A stretch of 64,000 nucleotides of DNA from Bdellovibrionales bacterium (GTDB lineage: Bacteria > Bdellovibrionota > Bdellovibrionia > Bdellovibrionales > Bdellovibrionaceae). The notes under the pieces are model-generated. The model was given only the letters and a program-made list of their open reading frames with translations. It ran no database searches and was not told the origin of the DNA. The DNA lies in contig JANMPT010000028.1 in NCBI GenBank assembly GCA_031370005.1, forward strand, positions 195,433 through 259,432. Direction: 5' to 3'. Below, in pieces: positions 1-10,677 of the stretch. The position numbers and the translations under genes are program-made. The stretch's first letter is position 1, and each line of letters opens with the position of its first letter.

Positions 1-1655
1 GTCAAACCGCCAGGCCCAAGAGCTGACAAGCGGCGTTTGTGCGTGATCTCAGAGAGTGGATTCGTCTGATCCATAAATTGCGATAATTGAGAGGATCCAA
101 AGAATTCCTTAACAACCGCATTCACAGGCTTAGCATTGACGAGATCATGAGGCATCATCGTCTCAACATCTTGCAGTGACATGCGCTCACGGATAGCGCG
201 CTCCATGCGAACAAGACCAATGCGATATTGGTTCTCTAATAGCTCACCCACTGAGCGAACGCGACGGTTGCCGAGGTGATCAATATCATCGATCACACCG
301 CGGCCATTTTTAAGATCTATAAGCGTCTTGATTGTAGAAAGAATGTCTTTATGAGTCAGAGTCCTAAACTCTGGGGGACACTCCTCCATAGAAATACCAA
401 ACTTGTGATTGATCTTGATACGACCAACCTCAGACAAGTCATATGTTTCTGGGTCAAAGAACAAACGATGAAAGAAAGTAGTTGCCGCCTCTAATGTTGG
501 AGGCTCGCCAGGGCGAAGTCGTTTGTATATCTCAATTAAAGACTCATCTTTATTGTTAACTTTATCAATAAGTAAAGTGTTTCTGAGATATGGCCCCACT
601 GTTAAACCATCAAAGAAAATCATGAAGAAATGATCAATACCCAGTGCAATTGCTTTTTTAATAAGGCTTGCGCTCAGCTCAGCATTCGCATCGGCAATAA
701 TCTCTCCGGTGGATTCGTCTATCAATGGCTTCGCAAGAACTTTTCCATCTAAATCCTCTGGATTTACTTGAATCTCAGTCAGGTTGATGTCTTTAATTTT
801 TTTAACAATTGCACGAGTGATACGACGACCCACTTTTACTAAAACTTCTTCAGTTTTAGGATCAATAATGTCAGCAATCGCTCTTTGGCCAGACATCCTT
901 TCGATGTCAAGCTTTCTGAACAACTTGCCACCTCTAACGTAAACTTCGTCGAGATCATAAAAGAATTCCAAAAGCTTTTCAGTATTGAAACCAAGAGCTT
1001 TTAAAAGAATTGTAACAGGAAACTTTCTTCTTCTATCAATGCGGACATGAATCAAGTCTTTTTGGTCGAACTCAGCATCCAACCAAGAGCCGCGATATGG
1101 AATAACACGAGCCGAGTAAATGAGCTTACCGGAAGTTGCATTCTTACCGCCATCGTGGTCAAAAAATACCCCCGGAGAACGATGCAACTGAGATACAACA
1201 ACACGCTCGGTGCCATTGATAATAAAAGAACCGTTGGCAGTCATAAGAGGAATTTCGCCAAGATAAACTTCTTGCTCTTTTACATCGCGGATACTGCGCG
1301 CTTCTGTTTCCTCATCAACATCAAATACAATAAGACGAAGAGTTACCTTGATTGGTGCCGCATAAGTCATTCCACGCTGGCGACACTCATCAACATCATA
1401 CTTAGCCGGCTCAAGAGTGTAGCTTACAAATTCAAGGCTCGCCGTATTGTTGAAATCGCTAATTGGAAAAACGGATTTGAAAACACCGTTAAGACCAGCT
1501 TCACCACGTCGGTCTGGATCCGTATCTTTTTGCAAGAAAGCCTCATAAGAGCTTTTTTGCAACTCGATCAAATTCGGGATGTCGATAACTTGTTTGTTTT
1601 GTGCGAAAGATTTTCTGATACGCAGATTTGAGGCCGTGATTGGAGTTTTATCCAT
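1..1655 (-). CDS. rpoB: RNA polymerase beta subunit, 5' part (runs off the window start)
   Basis: Hand translation: [38 protein letters not shown] from ATG 1655, GGGAG SD upstream; [15 protein letters not shown] and [35 protein letters not shown] near the window start. Not in the ORF track because it is truncated. Confidence 0.99.
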   Translation of the reverse strand, partial: MDKTPITASNLRIRKSFAQNKQVIDIPNLIELQKSSYEAFLQKDTDPDRRGEAGLNGVFKSVFPISDFNNTASLEFVSYTLEPAKYDVDECRQRGMTYAAPIKVTLRLIVFDVDEETEARSIRDVKEQEVYLGEIPLMTANGSFIINGTERVVVSQLHRSPGVFFDHDGGKNATSGKLIYSARVIPYRGSWLDAEFDQKDLIHVRIDRRRKFPVTILLKALGFNTEKLLEFFYDLDEVYVRGGKLFRKLDIERMSGQRAIADIIDPKTEEVLVKVGRRITRAIVKKIKDINLTEIQVNPEDLDGKVLAKPLIDESTGEIIADANAELSASLIKKAIALGIDHFFMIFFDGLTVGPYLRNTLLIDKVNNKDESLIEIYKRLRPGEPPTLEAATTFFHRLFFDPETYDLSEVGRIKINHKFGISMEECPPEFRTLTHKDILSTIKTLIDLKNGRGVIDDIDHLGNRRVRSVGELLENQYRIGLVRMERAIRERMSLQDVETMMPHDLVNAKPVNAVVKEFFGSSQLSQFMDQTNPLSEITHKRRLSALGPGGL

Positions 1656-1774
1656 CTAATCTCCCTTAAAGAGTCAAACCATCTAAGCAACTGAAATTAT
1701 TTTCTTATTTCAGAGCCAAAAAATACATTTGAACTGAATAAATCAGTTCGCTCGGCCTAAAGCTTAGCCGAGAG

Positions 1775-1803
1775 AATATAGTACCCCTTGGTATAGGGGT
1801 CAA
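1775..1803 (-). promoter_or_regulatory. Putative sigma70 promoter of rpoB
   Basis: Minus strand TTGACC-N17-TATATT, about 120 nt upstream of the rpoB ATG. Confidence 0.65.
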
Positions 1804-1828
1804 TGTCGCATTTCAATAAAAATGCGAA

Positions 1829-1867
1829 ATGGCCTCTTTTTTGCATTCAATCGAGAAAAGAGGCCAT
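1829..1867 (-). terminator. Hairpin after rplL, possible terminator or processing stem
   Basis: 12-bp inverted repeat ATGGCCTCTTTT (1829-1840) / AAAAGAGGCCAT (1856-1867); U tract is weak. Confidence 0.45.
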
Positions 1868-1881
1868 GCTTCACAAAATAA

Positions 1882-2250
1882 TTACTTAACTTGAACTTTT
1901 GCGCCAGCCGCCTCAAGAGACTTCTTAATTTTCTCAGCGTCTTCTTTAGTAGCGCCTTCTTTAACAGCTTTTCCGCCTGCTTCAACGAGAGCTTTTGCTT
2001 CAGCAAGCCCAAGGCCAGTTAAAGCGCGAACCTCTTTAATTACGTTGATTTTATTAGCGCCCGCGTCAAGCAAAATGACGTCAAAAGCTGTTTTTTCTTC
2101 AACAGCCGCAGCAGCAGCGCCGCCTGCCATCACAACAGGAGCCGCAGCAGAAACGCCCCATTTTTCTTCTAGCATTTTTACAAGCTCAGCAAGCTCGAGA
2201 ACTGTTTTGCTGGACAAAGCATCCATCAATTGATCATTAGTTAAAGACAT
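1882..2250 (-). CDS. rplL: 50S ribosomal protein L7/L12
   Basis: [32 protein letters not shown]; position before rpoB. Confidence 0.99.
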   Translation of the reverse strand: MSLTNDQLMDALSSKTVLELAELVKMLEEKWGVSAAAPVVMAGGAAAAAVEEKTAFDVILLDAGANKINVIKEVRALTGLGLAEAKALVEAGGKAVKEGATKEDAEKIKKSLEAAGAKVQVK

Positions 2251-2300
2251 AAATCCTCCAAAAAATTATTAAAATAAAAAATTAAAATTCATCCAACAAA

Positions 2301-2825
2301 CTATGCTTGTGGAGCCTCTGAACCAATACCACTTTCTAATTTCTTTACATATTCATTAATACAGCGCGCAAGTTTTGCGCCAGATGCATTAAGAGTAGCA
2401 AGGAATTGAGAGCGAAGTTGGTCTTTGCCTGGAAGTGTCGCTAGGAAATTAATCTTAGCAGCATCCATAGCCTCGCCATCCATTACACCAGTTTTGATTT
2501 GCAAAACTTCAACATCTTTCGCGAAGTCTGCCAAAACTTTAGCTGTGATATTTACCTCACCATAGGAAAATACGATCGCATTAGTTCCTTTTAGGGAAGT
2601 GCTCAAAGCTTTCTCTATAGACGGGTGATCCTTTAGCGCTCTTTTAGCAAGAGTATTTCGAACGACCTTCATCTCAGACTCAGAAGTATGAAGTTTTTTT
2701 CGGAGCGAGGTAACTTGCTCCACTTTCATACCCTTGAAATCCACGATGAAGGCACCTTTTGACTTGGCAAGCTTATCAGTTAAAAGCTTAATCTCTTGTT
2801 CTTTATCAGTGCGAGTTATCATCAT
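2301..2825 (-). CDS. rplJ: 50S ribosomal protein L10
   Basis: [12 protein letters not shown] motif; between rplA and rplL. Confidence 0.98.
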   Translation of the reverse strand: MMITRTDKEQEIKLLTDKLAKSKGAFIVDFKGMKVEQVTSLRKKLHTSESEMKVVRNTLAKRALKDHPSIEKALSTSLKGTNAIVFSYGEVNITAKVLADFAKDVEVLQIKTGVMDGEAMDAAKINFLATLPGKDQLRSQFLATLNASGAKLARCINEYVKKLESGIGSEAPQA

Positions 2826-2898
2826 TAGGGGCCTCCTTTCATTAGATTTATGCGAGTCAGGTCGGTTTGGAGATTCACTTTAAAGGTAAACTCTTTTG

Positions 2899-2962
2899 CC
2901 TTATCTCGGTAGGATCCCTTAATTGGGAATTAAAGTCTTTCGACGACCTACTGTCTCTGATC
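2899..2962 (-). promoter_or_regulatory. L10 leader (L10-L12 autoregulatory RNA)
   Basis: Minus strand AGACAGTAGGTCGTCGAAAGACTTTAATTCCCAATTAAGGGATCCTACCGAG has the GACxGTAGG...TTAA...CCTACxxAG pattern, directly upstream of rplJ. Confidence 0.8.
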
Positions 2963-2975
2963 GCAATAGTTTTAT

Positions 2976-3683
2976 TTATACAATAGCACTCACAATACCA
3001 GCTGCCTGATTTGGGTCCATCTTTACTCCTGGGCCCATTGTAGAAGCCACAGAAATTGTTCTAAGATAAATACCCTTTGAAGAGGCGGGTTTAGCTTTCA
3101 CGATTGCACCCAACAAAGTTAGGAAATTTTCGCGAAGCTTGATATCGCCCATAGATTTCTTGCCGACACCAGCGTGCACAATACCCGCTTTATCAACGCG
3201 AAAGTCTAATTTACCCTTCTTCTCAGCAGTGACAGCCTCCCCTACATTCATAGTTACAGTACCAACTTTAGGATTCGGCATCAAACCACGAGGTCCGAGA
3301 ATCTTAGCAACTTTAGATACAGTCGCCATCATATCCGGTGTTGCAATACACTTATCGAAGTCTAACCATCCACCTTGGATTTTAGCAACGAGGTCATCGG
3401 CACCAACAAAATCAGCTCCAGCGTTTTTCGCCTCAGCCTCTTTTGGACCTTTTGCAAAAACAACCACCTTAACATTCTTACCAAGGCCATGCGGAAGCGC
3501 AATAGCACCACGCACCTGTTGATCGGATTGCTTTGGATCAATACCAAGGCGAAGAGCCACGTCGATTGTTTCATCGAACTTAGCGGTTGCACTTTCTACT
3601 ACCATTTTGAAAGCTTCATCAACTGTATATTTTTTTGTCGAATCAACTTTTTTAGAAGCTGATTTAAATCTTTTATTTGCCAT
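2976..3683 (-). CDS. rplA: 50S ribosomal protein L1 (start moved to MANKRF)
   Basis: KFDETIDVALRLGIDP, LGPRGLMPNPKVGTVT. Confidence 0.99.
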   Translation of the reverse strand: MANKRFKSASKKVDSTKKYTVDEAFKMVVESATAKFDETIDVALRLGIDPKQSDQQVRGAIALPHGLGKNVKVVVFAKGPKEAEAKNAGADFVGADDLVAKIQGGWLDFDKCIATPDMMATVSKVAKILGPRGLMPNPKVGTVTMNVGEAVTAEKKGKLDFRVDKAGIVHAGVGKKSMGDIKLRENFLTLLGAIVKAKPASSKGIYLRTISVASTMGPGVKMDPNQAAGIVSAIV

Positions 3684-3693
3684 ACTTACCACC

Positions 3694-4119
3694 CTAATCC
3701 GCAAGCTCAAGGCCCATGCTTTTCGCAGTGCCAATTACTTGAGACATTGCTGACTCAACTTTTAAGCAATTCAAATCTGGCAACTTTGTCGTCGCGATTT
3801 GTTTTACTTGTTCTAGCTTTACTTTTCCAACTTTGTCTTTTTGAGGCATTTTAGAGCCTGACTCTAATTTGACTGCCTTTTTCAACAGAGACGAGACTGG
3901 AGGCGTTTTGGTGATGAAAGTAAACGATCTGTCCTGATAAACAGTGATAATGATAGGGATAATGCTATCACCCAATGCCTGCGTGCGAGCATTGAACTGC
4001 TTACAGAATTCCATGATGTTTACCCCATGCTGTCCGAGCGCCGGTCCAACGGGAGGAGCTGGATTAGCTTTCCCTGCCGGTATCTGCAGCTTGATCATTC
4101 CTGTAACTTTTTTTGCCAT
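3694..4119 (-). CDS. rplK: 50S ribosomal protein L11 (start moved to MAKKV)
   Basis: [38 protein letters not shown]. Confidence 0.99.
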   Translation of the reverse strand: MAKKVTGMIKLQIPAGKANPAPPVGPALGQHGVNIMEFCKQFNARTQALGDSIIPIIITVYQDRSFTFITKTPPVSSLLKKAVKLESGSKMPQKDKVGKVKLEQVKQIATTKLPDLNCLKVESAMSQVIGTAKSMGLELAD

Positions 4120-4174
4120 GACCCACTCCTGCAATAGGGTTTGTTAATAAATCTCTCTTTCGAGAGTTAAAAAA

Positions 4175-4708
4175 TTACTGCTTTTCCACCTGAATGAAGT
4201 CCAACTCAACAGGAGTTGCTCTTCCAAAGATGCTCACGAGAACTTTCACTTTCGCCTTGTCCTCATTGATCTCCTCAACAGTTCCGTTGAAGTTAGAGAA
4301 TGGACCGTCAACGACAGTCACATTTTCACCCACAGAAAATTTTACCTTTTGCTTCGGTTTTTCACCGACACCAGCCATTTGCTGTGTTACGCGCAAAACC
4401 TCGGCCTCAGGAACTTCGGGAGGACGTGTCTTAGCACCTCCAACGAAGCCTGTCACCTTGGATGAATGTTTTACAAGATGCCACGTCTCGTCATTTAAAA
4501 ACATTTGAATGAACATGTAACCAGGAAAGAACTTACGAGATTTTGTCTGTTTTTGACCTTTTACAAGTTCAACAACATTCTCAGAGGGGATCAAAATTTC
4601 CCCAAAAAACTGTTCCATTTTTTGAGAGCGAACTCTCTCTTCGATAGCTGTTTTGGCTGTCGACTCACAACCAGTCTGAGTATTTACAATGTACCATTTT
4701 TTTTCCAT
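4175..4708 (-). CDS. nusG: Transcription factor NusG
   Basis: [18 protein letters not shown] motif [21 protein letters not shown]. Confidence 0.99.
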   Translation of the reverse strand: MEKKWYIVNTQTGCESTAKTAIEERVRSQKMEQFFGEILIPSENVVELVKGQKQTKSRKFFPGYMFIQMFLNDETWHLVKHSSKVTGFVGGAKTRPPEVPEAEVLRVTQQMAGVGEKPKQKVKFSVGENVTVVDGPFSNFNGTVEEINEDKAKVKVLVSIFGRATPVELDFIQVEKQ

Positions 4709-4717
4709 GGCCACTTC

Positions 4718-5095
4718 CTATCTCATGAGAGTGTTGATGACATAACCAGAAATTAAGTCAAAAGAGCTAATAATTATGCTGGAAATCAGCACCATGACGA
4801 CTACAACTACCGTCATTGCAGTAGCATCCTTACGAGAAGGCCAGACTACCTTACGCACTTCCACCGAAACTTCATCTGCCCAGGTCACAATTTTAGAATT
4901 AAATTGCAGGTAAGCAAAAAGCCCAAAGCCCAAAGCCAAAGGAACGCCGTGGCGGAATATATCTGAATCCGCCGCGCGAGCCACAACCGCAAAAGCACCG
5001 GCAAAAGCTTTGATCAACAAGCTGACCACAAGCCCGGTCAAAAAACCAGCAATCGCAAAACTCAAGGTTATTATTTTAGAGTTTGTTTTTTCCAT
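4718..5095 (-). CDS. secE: Preprotein translocase SecE (about 3 TM segments)
   Basis: EVRKVVWPSRKD motif followed by a TM segment; between tRNA-Trp and nusG. Confidence 0.95.
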   Translation of the reverse strand: MEKTNSKIITLSFAIAGFLTGLVVSLLIKAFAGAFAVVARAADSDIFRHGVPLALGFGLFAYLQFNSKIVTWADEVSVEVRKVVWPSRKDATAMTVVVVVMVLISSIIISSFDLISGYVINTLMR

Positions 5096-5136
5096 ATTCA
5101 CTCTCTATTTCCATTAAAAATATTGCTCGCAAAAAC

Positions 5137-5212
5137 TGGCAGGGGCGGAGGGATTCGAACCCACGACCTAACGATTTGGAGTCGTTCGCTCTACCGCTGG
5201 AGCTACACCCCT
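5137..5212 (-). tRNA. tRNA-Trp(CCA)
   Basis: AGGGGTGTAGCTCC...AACGACT-CCA-AATCGTT...GGTTCGAATCC...CCA cloverleaf. Confidence 0.97.
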
Positions 5213-5305
5213 GCACAAAAATTTTAAAGCCCTTCAAAAGCTGAAGGGGACAATCTCGTTGAGATGTCCCCCAGCTGTCAATCTTCAAGTTAAACGAAGA
5301 CCCTA

Positions 5306-6499
5306 TTAGTCAGCAAGAATCTCAATAACAACGCCTGCGCCAACTGTACGTCCACCTTCACGGATCGCAAAACGGAGTTCTTTTTCCATTGCAATCGGAG
5401 CGATGAGCTCAACAGAGATTTCAACGCGGTCACCAGGCATAACCATTTCAGTTCCAGCTTTTAAAGTGCAAACACCTGTAACATCTGTCGTTCTGAAGTA
5501 AAACTGTGGGCGGTAACCATTAAAGAATGGAGTATGACGTCCACCCTCTTCTTTTGTAAGGATGTAGGCCTCACCTTTGAATTTTTTGTGCGGTTTAATT
5601 GTTCCAGGCTTAGCAAGAACTTGACCACGCTCAACGTCTTCTTTTTTAGTACCACGAAGTAGAACGCCACAATTGTCGCCGGCCTGACCTTCGTCAAGAA
5701 GCTTACGGAACATCTCAATACCAGTCACAGTTGTTTTCTGCGTAGGGCGGATACCAACGATCTCAACCTCTTCGCCAACTTTTACGATACCGCGCTCAAC
5801 ACGACCCGTAACAACAGTTCCACGGCCAGAGATTGAGAATACGTCCTCGATTGGCATCAAGAAGGTCTTATCAACGGCACGAACTGGAGTTGGGATATAG
5901 GTATCACAAGCTTCCATTAATTTAAGAATTGAAGGCCGACCAATTTCAGAGGTATCACCCTCCAAAGCTTTCAATGCAGAGCCCTTAACGATTGGAATAT
6001 CATCACCAGGAAACTCGTATTTAGAAAGTAATTCGCGAACCTCAAGCTCGACTAGCTCAAGAAGCTCCTTATCATCAACCATATCAACCTTGTTCATGAA
6101 AACAACAAGAGCTGGAACACCTACTTGACGAGCCAAAAGAATGTGCTCACGAGTTTGTGGCATAGGTCCATCAGCAGATGAAACTACCAGAATACCGCCA
6201 TCCATTTGAGCAGCACCCGTGATCATGTTTTTAACATAATCGGCGTGTCCCGGGCAATCAACGTGGGCATAGTGACGATTCACAGTCTCATACTCAACGT
6301 GTGTCGTTGAAATAGTGATACCACGCTCTCTCTCTTCTGGAGATTTATCAATTTGATCGTAAGACATAGCTTGAGCTTGACCAGTCAAGGCTAGAGTCGT
6401 AGTGATCGCAGCAGTCAAGGTAGTTTTACCATGATCGACGTGACCGATCGTACCGATATTTACATGGGGCTTGTTACGTGTAAACTTCTCTTTAGACAT
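5306..6499 (-). CDS. tuf: Elongation factor Tu
   Basis: [28 protein letters not shown]. Confidence 0.99.
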   Translation of the reverse strand: MSKEKFTRNKPHVNIGTIGHVDHGKTTLTAAITTTLALTGQAQAMSYDQIDKSPEERERGITISTTHVEYETVNRHYAHVDCPGHADYVKNMITGAAQMDGGILVVSSADGPMPQTREHILLARQVGVPALVVFMNKVDMVDDKELLELVELEVRELLSKYEFPGDDIPIVKGSALKALEGDTSEIGRPSILKLMEACDTYIPTPVRAVDKTFLMPIEDVFSISGRGTVVTGRVERGIVKVGEEVEIVGIRPTQKTTVTGIEMFRKLLDEGQAGDNCGVLLRGTKKEDVERGQVLAKPGTIKPHKKFKGEAYILTKEEGGRHTPFFNGYRPQFYFRTTDVTGVCTLKAGTEMVMPGDRVEISVELIAPIAMEKELRFAIREGGRTVGAGVVIEILAD

Positions 6500-6595
6500 T
6501 ATTTCCTCCCGAAGAGATCTTTATTAATTTTTAAAATCAAATTCTACTTAAAACAAAAAATAAAACAACCTGCAAAACTTGGTCACCATCTTTAA

Positions 6596-6670
6596 TGGAG
6601 CCCTTGATCGGAGCCGAACCGACGACCTCACCCTTACCAAGGGTGCGCTCTACCACTGAGCTACAAGGGC
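6596..6670 (-). tRNA. tRNA-Thr(GGT)
   Basis: GCCCTTGTAGCTCAGTGGTAGAGC CACCCTT-GGT-AAGGGTG...CCA; atypical T loop TTCGGCT. Confidence 0.95.
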
Positions 6671-6678
6671 CTTAGTTT

Positions 6679-6755
6679 TGGAGCGGGAGACGGGTCTCGA
6701 ACCCGCAACCCTCTGCTTGGAAGGCAGATACTCTAGCCAATTGAGCTACTCCCGC
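6679..6755 (-). tRNA. tRNA-Gly(TCC)
   Basis: GCGGGAGTAGCTCAATTGG...TCTGCCT-TCC-AAGCAGA...GGTTCGAGACC...CCA. Confidence 0.97.
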
Positions 6756-6841
6756 CCGACTCGATCCTTGCTTGGTCTAAATGCTTCGGTTTTTCACCTT
6801 CACACTCGCCTCAAGCCTTTTGGACTAAACGCAACTACTAA

Positions 6842-6927
6842 TGGTGGACAGGGAAGGATTCGAACCTTCGTAGACGTAAGCCAGCGGATTTACAGTCCGC
6901 CCCCTTTAGCCACTCGGGCACCTGTCC
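6842..6927 (-). tRNA. tRNA-Tyr(GTA)
   Basis: GGACAGGTGCCCGAGTGG...GCGGACT-GTA-AATCCGC, long variable arm, CCA end. Confidence 0.97.
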
Positions 6928-6956
6928 GTTCCTAAGAACGTGCACTCCAAAAAACT

Positions 6957-7032
6957 TGGAGCTGGTTATGGGACTCGAACCCGCAACCTGCTGATTACAA
7001 ATCAGCTGCTCTACCAATTGAGCTAAACCAGC
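6957..7032 (-). tRNA. tRNA-Thr(TGT)
   Basis: GCTGGTTTAGCTCAATTGG...GCTGATT-TGT-AATCAGC...CCA; canonical Thr-Tyr-Gly-Thr-tuf order. Confidence 0.97.
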
Positions 7033-7107
7033 ACCTTCGATAAATACGAATAATCAACACGTCGAATCTATCAACCGAGACTTTGTACTGAAAAAAACCC
7101 ATGCTCG

Positions 7108-7992
7108 TCAAAGAGTATTATTCGATTTCAACTTATTTTTTCCAAGACTAGAACTTGAATGCTGACGAAGAGTCTCAGTGAGAGCCATTGCCGTAGCTAC
7201 TGAGGCATTGTAACTCGCCGCTGCACTGCTCTGCGGAATGTAAACGAGTTCATCACAAAGCCTCTCTGTGGTAACTCGCATACCTTTGTCTTCAGAGCCA
7301 ATTGCCCACACAACTTTGTCAGGCAATTGCAACTCAAAGATTGATTTTTTCCCGCGTGGACTTAGACCATAAATCCAGTATGCCTTCTCTTTAAGCTCTT
7401 CTGCATACTTGGCAAAGTTTGTGACCTCTACAACTGGAACGTGCTCAGCGCCTCCGCAAGCCACCTTATGAACTGTCGGAGTAAGGCCCACTGCCCGATC
7501 TTCGGGCACAATTACAGCCTGAACCCCAGTGAGCCAAGAGGTACGAAGAATTGCACCTAAATTGTGGGGATCTTCAATACCATCCAAAATGAGGATGATG
7601 GATTTATTAATGCTCTCAAGGTCGTCCATCAACAGAGTCGGCGCGCCATTCATGAACAAGACCGCCCCCTGATGTGAAGAGCCAAAGCGATCCACAATGC
7701 TATCAGCTTTAAATTCGATTTTGATTCTTGCTGAGTGAGTAAGCTCTTGAATTTCGCGCAGATCTGACGAGGATTCCCAACCCTGACGAAGCCAAAGAAG
7801 TTTTCCCACATGAGCACGCACGGCCAAAGCTTCTTTGATGGCATGCGTACCTATTACCGGGCGCCACTCCTTAGGGATTTCATCATCTTTGCCTCGCATC
7901 TGGCCGCCGCCTGCCCCATGGTGAACTCGTGGAGCTCCCCTGCGAGGGGGAGGTTGAGCTTTACTGCCGAATCGAGAATTATTTTTTTTCAT
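7108..7992 (-). CDS. rlmB: 23S rRNA 2'-O-methyltransferase, SPOUT/TrmH family
   Basis: LDGIEDPHNLGAILRT, IGSEDKG, SYNASVA. Confidence 0.88.
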   Translation of the reverse strand: MKKNNSRFGSKAQPPPRRGAPRVHHGAGGGQMRGKDDEIPKEWRPVIGTHAIKEALAVRAHVGKLLWLRQGWESSSDLREIQELTHSARIKIEFKADSIVDRFGSSHQGAVLFMNGAPTLLMDDLESINKSIILILDGIEDPHNLGAILRTSWLTGVQAVIVPEDRAVGLTPTVHKVACGGAEHVPVVEVTNFAKYAEELKEKAYWIYGLSPRGKKSIFELQLPDKVVWAIGSEDKGMRVTTERLCDELVYIPQSSAAASYNASVATAMALTETLRQHSSSSLGKNKLKSNNTL

Positions 7993-8698
7993 AAAGTGCC
8001 ATCACATAGTCCGTTGCTATTTCCCGAGGGTTTTTTGCTTCGATAATTGGTCGACCCACAACAAGAGCGGATGCCCCCGATTTTATAGCATCACAAGGTC
8101 CCATCACGCGTTTTTGATCTCCAAGCTCATCCATATTAAAACGAATTCCAGGAGTTACAAGGTAGAGACCTCTACTTTGTAAAAGATCCAACTCCAGCGG
8201 AGAACAAACTAAACCGGTTATTCCCGCAGAAAGGGCAAGGTCGGCGAGCTCAGTCACATGCTGAGAAATAGGTTGTTGTTTAAAATTTTCCGGTATGGAA
8301 TTTTGATCCCATGAAGTCAAAATTGTGACTGCAAGAACTCTGAAAGGACGGATCTGATTAAGTTCTTTTTCAAGGGCCGCCATTTTTAAAAGGGCTTCGC
8401 GACCCGAAAGCGCATGAACTGTCACAAGACTTGCCCCAGCTTCAAAGCTTGCACGAACCGCTGCGACCATTGTGGAGGGAATATCAAAGTGCTTATTATC
8501 GACGAAGACTGGGCCAAGAGCTGCAAGCTCCTTCACCAAGTCTTGTCCATAACGAAGACAAAGACGTGGGCCGACTTTGAAACCGCCAACCACATCCGCT
8601 AACTCATCTGCCAATTGGAGGGCTGTCCGTCGATCATCCACGTCTAACGCGACAATAATGGGATTTCTCATTGGATCAGAAAGCTGATGCGGCTTCAT
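7979..8698 (-). CDS. pyrF: Orotidine-5'-phosphate decarboxylase
   Basis: IIVALD, DNKHFDIPST (DxKxxDIPxT), TPGIR, LVVGRPI. Confidence 0.96.
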   Translation of the reverse strand: MKPHQLSDPMRNPIIVALDVDDRRTALQLADELADVVGGFKVGPRLCLRYGQDLVKELAALGPVFVDNKHFDIPSTMVAAVRASFEAGASLVTVHALSGREALLKMAALEKELNQIRPFRVLAVTILTSWDQNSIPENFKQQPISQHVTELADLALSAGITGLVCSPLELDLLQSRGLYLVTPGIRFNMDELGDQKRVMGPCDAIKSGASALVVGRPIIEAKNPREIATDYVMALYEKK

Positions 8699-8720
8699 TT
8701 ATATCTCCGGTTATTTTTTC

Positions 8721-9131
8721 TCACCACTTCTCACTACGCATACGTTTATTGTTGGAATCTTTTTTCTTGGAATCCAAACGCTTGCGTTGTGAAGATCTAG
8801 TTGGTTTTGTTTTGATACGTTTTTTAGGTACAAAAAGCGCTTTATCGAGAATCTCTTCAAACCTTCGAATGGCTTCCTTTCGGTTGCTATCTTGATCGCG
8901 ATGAGTTTCAGCACGGATTAGAAGCTCACCCTCTTTAGTGAGTTGAGAGCTAAGCTTACTCACAAGGCGGTCTTTAACAACGCCTGCAAACGCCTGAGTT
9001 GCAATCAGACTCCAGCGCAAAATCACGGCGGATTCGGTACGATTGACGTGTTGCCCCCCTGCTCCACGACTCCGTGTAAACTCGAAGCAAATTTCGCGAC
9101 TGACTATCTGCTGTAAAAGTTCGCTGTTCAT
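8721..9131 (-). CDS. arfB: Ribosome rescue peptidyl-tRNA hydrolase ArfB/YaeJ
   Basis: RSRGAGGQHVNRT (GGQ motif); basic tail KTKPTRSSQRKRL. Confidence 0.95.
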   Translation of the reverse strand: MNSELLQQIVSREICFEFTRSRGAGGQHVNRTESAVILRWSLIATQAFAGVVKDRLVSKLSSQLTKEGELLIRAETHRDQDSNRKEAIRRFEEILDKALFVPKKRIKTKPTRSSQRKRLDSKKKDSNNKRMRSEKW

Positions 9132-9138
9132 GAGCTCT

Positions 9139-9168
9139 ATTTTAGAGGCTAATGAATACCTCGTTCAA
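9139..9168 (-). promoter_or_regulatory. Putative sigma70 promoter, leaderless arfB
   Basis: TTGAAC-N18-TAAAAT-N7-ATG; no SD. Confidence 0.55.
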
Positions 9169-9174
9169 CTGTTT

Positions 9175-10677
9175 TCAATATGCCTTTGCAAAAATCACGC
9201 GACGCTTAGATGGCTTGCCAGTGAAAATACAAATTCCACTCTCATCAGGTCCCTCCAAGGGGATACATCGCGGAGTTACTTTGAGCCTCGTCAACAGCTC
9301 ATGATTGATAGCCGCTTCGTTCCAGTGAACCATTGCAAAACCACCGGCTTGAGATTCCGCATCACCTCCGAAGAAGCTTTCGAAGTCCTTAAGACTCTCG
9401 ATTTTCTTTGTGTTCGCGTCGCGAAGGAGCTTGGCGCGATTATAGATATTCTGCTGAATCTCTTCGAGCATTTGTGGCAACGCTCCAACGAAGGTGGCGC
9501 GAGGTATACCTGCTTTTTCTTTAACACCTTTGTCACGGCGACCGACGAAAACCTCGCCTTTTACCATATCGCGCGGGCCCACCTCCACGCGAACTGGAAC
9601 CCCTTGCTTAATATAATGCCAAGCCTTTTCCCCGCCGCGAAGATCGCGATCATCAATTTTCACTGAAATAGGCTGGTCAGCATATTTCGCGGAACGGATT
9701 TCCTTTTCAAGGCTTCTGACATATTCAAGGACTTGCGAGCGCTCGTCATCACTGCGATAAATTGGCAGAATTACCACCTGCAGCGGTGCAATTTTTGGCG
9801 GAAGAACCAAACCGTCATCATCACTATGACTCATAATCAAGCCGCCGATTAATCGCGTTGAAACCCCCCAGGAAGTGGTCCACGCCACCTCCTCTTTGCC
9901 TTCAGAGTTTAAAAACTTGATTCCTGACGCTTTGGCAAAATTTTGCCCTAGAAAATGGGAGGTCCCCGCCTGTAGCGCCTTTCGATCCTGCATCAGGGCC
10001 TCTATCGTATAAGTATCTACAGCACCAGGGAATCTTTCATCCGGGGTTTTCATTCCTTTGATCACTGGCATCGCCATATAGTTTTCAGCAAAATCTGCAT
10101 AAACGTCAAGCATACGCAATGTTTCCTCTTGAGCCTCTTTGGCCGTAGAATGAACCGTATGTCCCTCTTGCCACAAAAATTCAGTTGTTCTAAGAAACAT
10201 TCGCGTGCGCATTTCCCAGCGCATGACATTGCACCACTGATTCATCAAAAGCGGCAGATCACGGTAAGACTTCACCCATTTTGCATACATGTGGCCAATG
10301 ATCGTTTCGCTGGTTGGACGGATGATCAGAGGCTCTTCAAGTTTTCCGTCAGGAACCAACTTGCCATCAGGGCCTGCTTTCAAGCGATGATGAGTGACGA
10401 CCGCGCACTCTTTAGCAAAACCTTCGACATGCTCAGCTTCCTGCTCAAGAAAGCTGAGCGGAATTAGCAGTGGAAAGTATGCGTTCACATGTCCGGTCTC
10501 TTTGAACTTGCCATCAAGTATCTTTTGCATGTTTTCCCAAATGGCGTAACCATTGGGCTTAATAACCATACAGCCACGAACCGGAGAATTCTCTGCCATA
10601 TCCGCTGCTTTAATGACCTCTTGATACCATTCAGGATAGTTTTCTGCTCGAGTGGGAGTAATTGCAGTACTTGCCAT
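9175..10677 (-). CDS. proS: Proline-tRNA ligase, archaeal/eukaryotic-like type without editing insertion
   Basis: [37 protein letters not shown]-terminal FAKAY. Confidence 0.98.
   Translation of the reverse strand: MASTAITPTRAENYPEWYQEVIKAADMAENSPVRGCMVIKPNGYAIWENMQKILDGKFKETGHVNAYFPLLIPLSFLEQEAEHVEGFAKECAVVTHHRLKAGPDGKLVPDGKLEEPLIIRPTSETIIGHMYAKWVKSYRDLPLLMNQWCNVMRWEMRTRMFLRTTEFLWQEGHTVHSTAKEAQEETLRMLDVYADFAENYMAMPVIKGMKTPDERFPGAVDTYTIEALMQDRKALQAGTSHFLGQNFAKASGIKFLNSEGKEEVAWTTSWGVSTRLIGGLIMSHSDDDGLVLPPKIAPLQVVILPIYRSDDERSQVLEYVRSLEKEIRSAKYADQPISVKIDDRDLRGGEKAWHYIKQGVPVRVEVGPRDMVKGEVFVGRRDKGVKEKAGIPRATFVGALPQMLEEIQQNIYNRAKLLRDANTKKIESLKDFESFFGGDAESQAGGFAMVHWNEAAINHELLTRLKVTPRCIPLEGPDESGICIFTGKPSKRRVIFAKAY

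Noticed and set aside
1..110. Possible rifampicin-resistance substitutions in rpoB cluster I
   Set aside because: Sequence [22 protein letters not shown] keeps the key D, H and S residues.
276..1631. Plus-strand ORFs 276..494 and 1047..1631
   Set aside because: Antisense shadows of rpoB. The same applies to the many short ORFs opposite or nested in clearly identified genes.
5076..6935. ORFs 5076..5288 and 6678..6935
   Set aside because: They run through tRNA genes.
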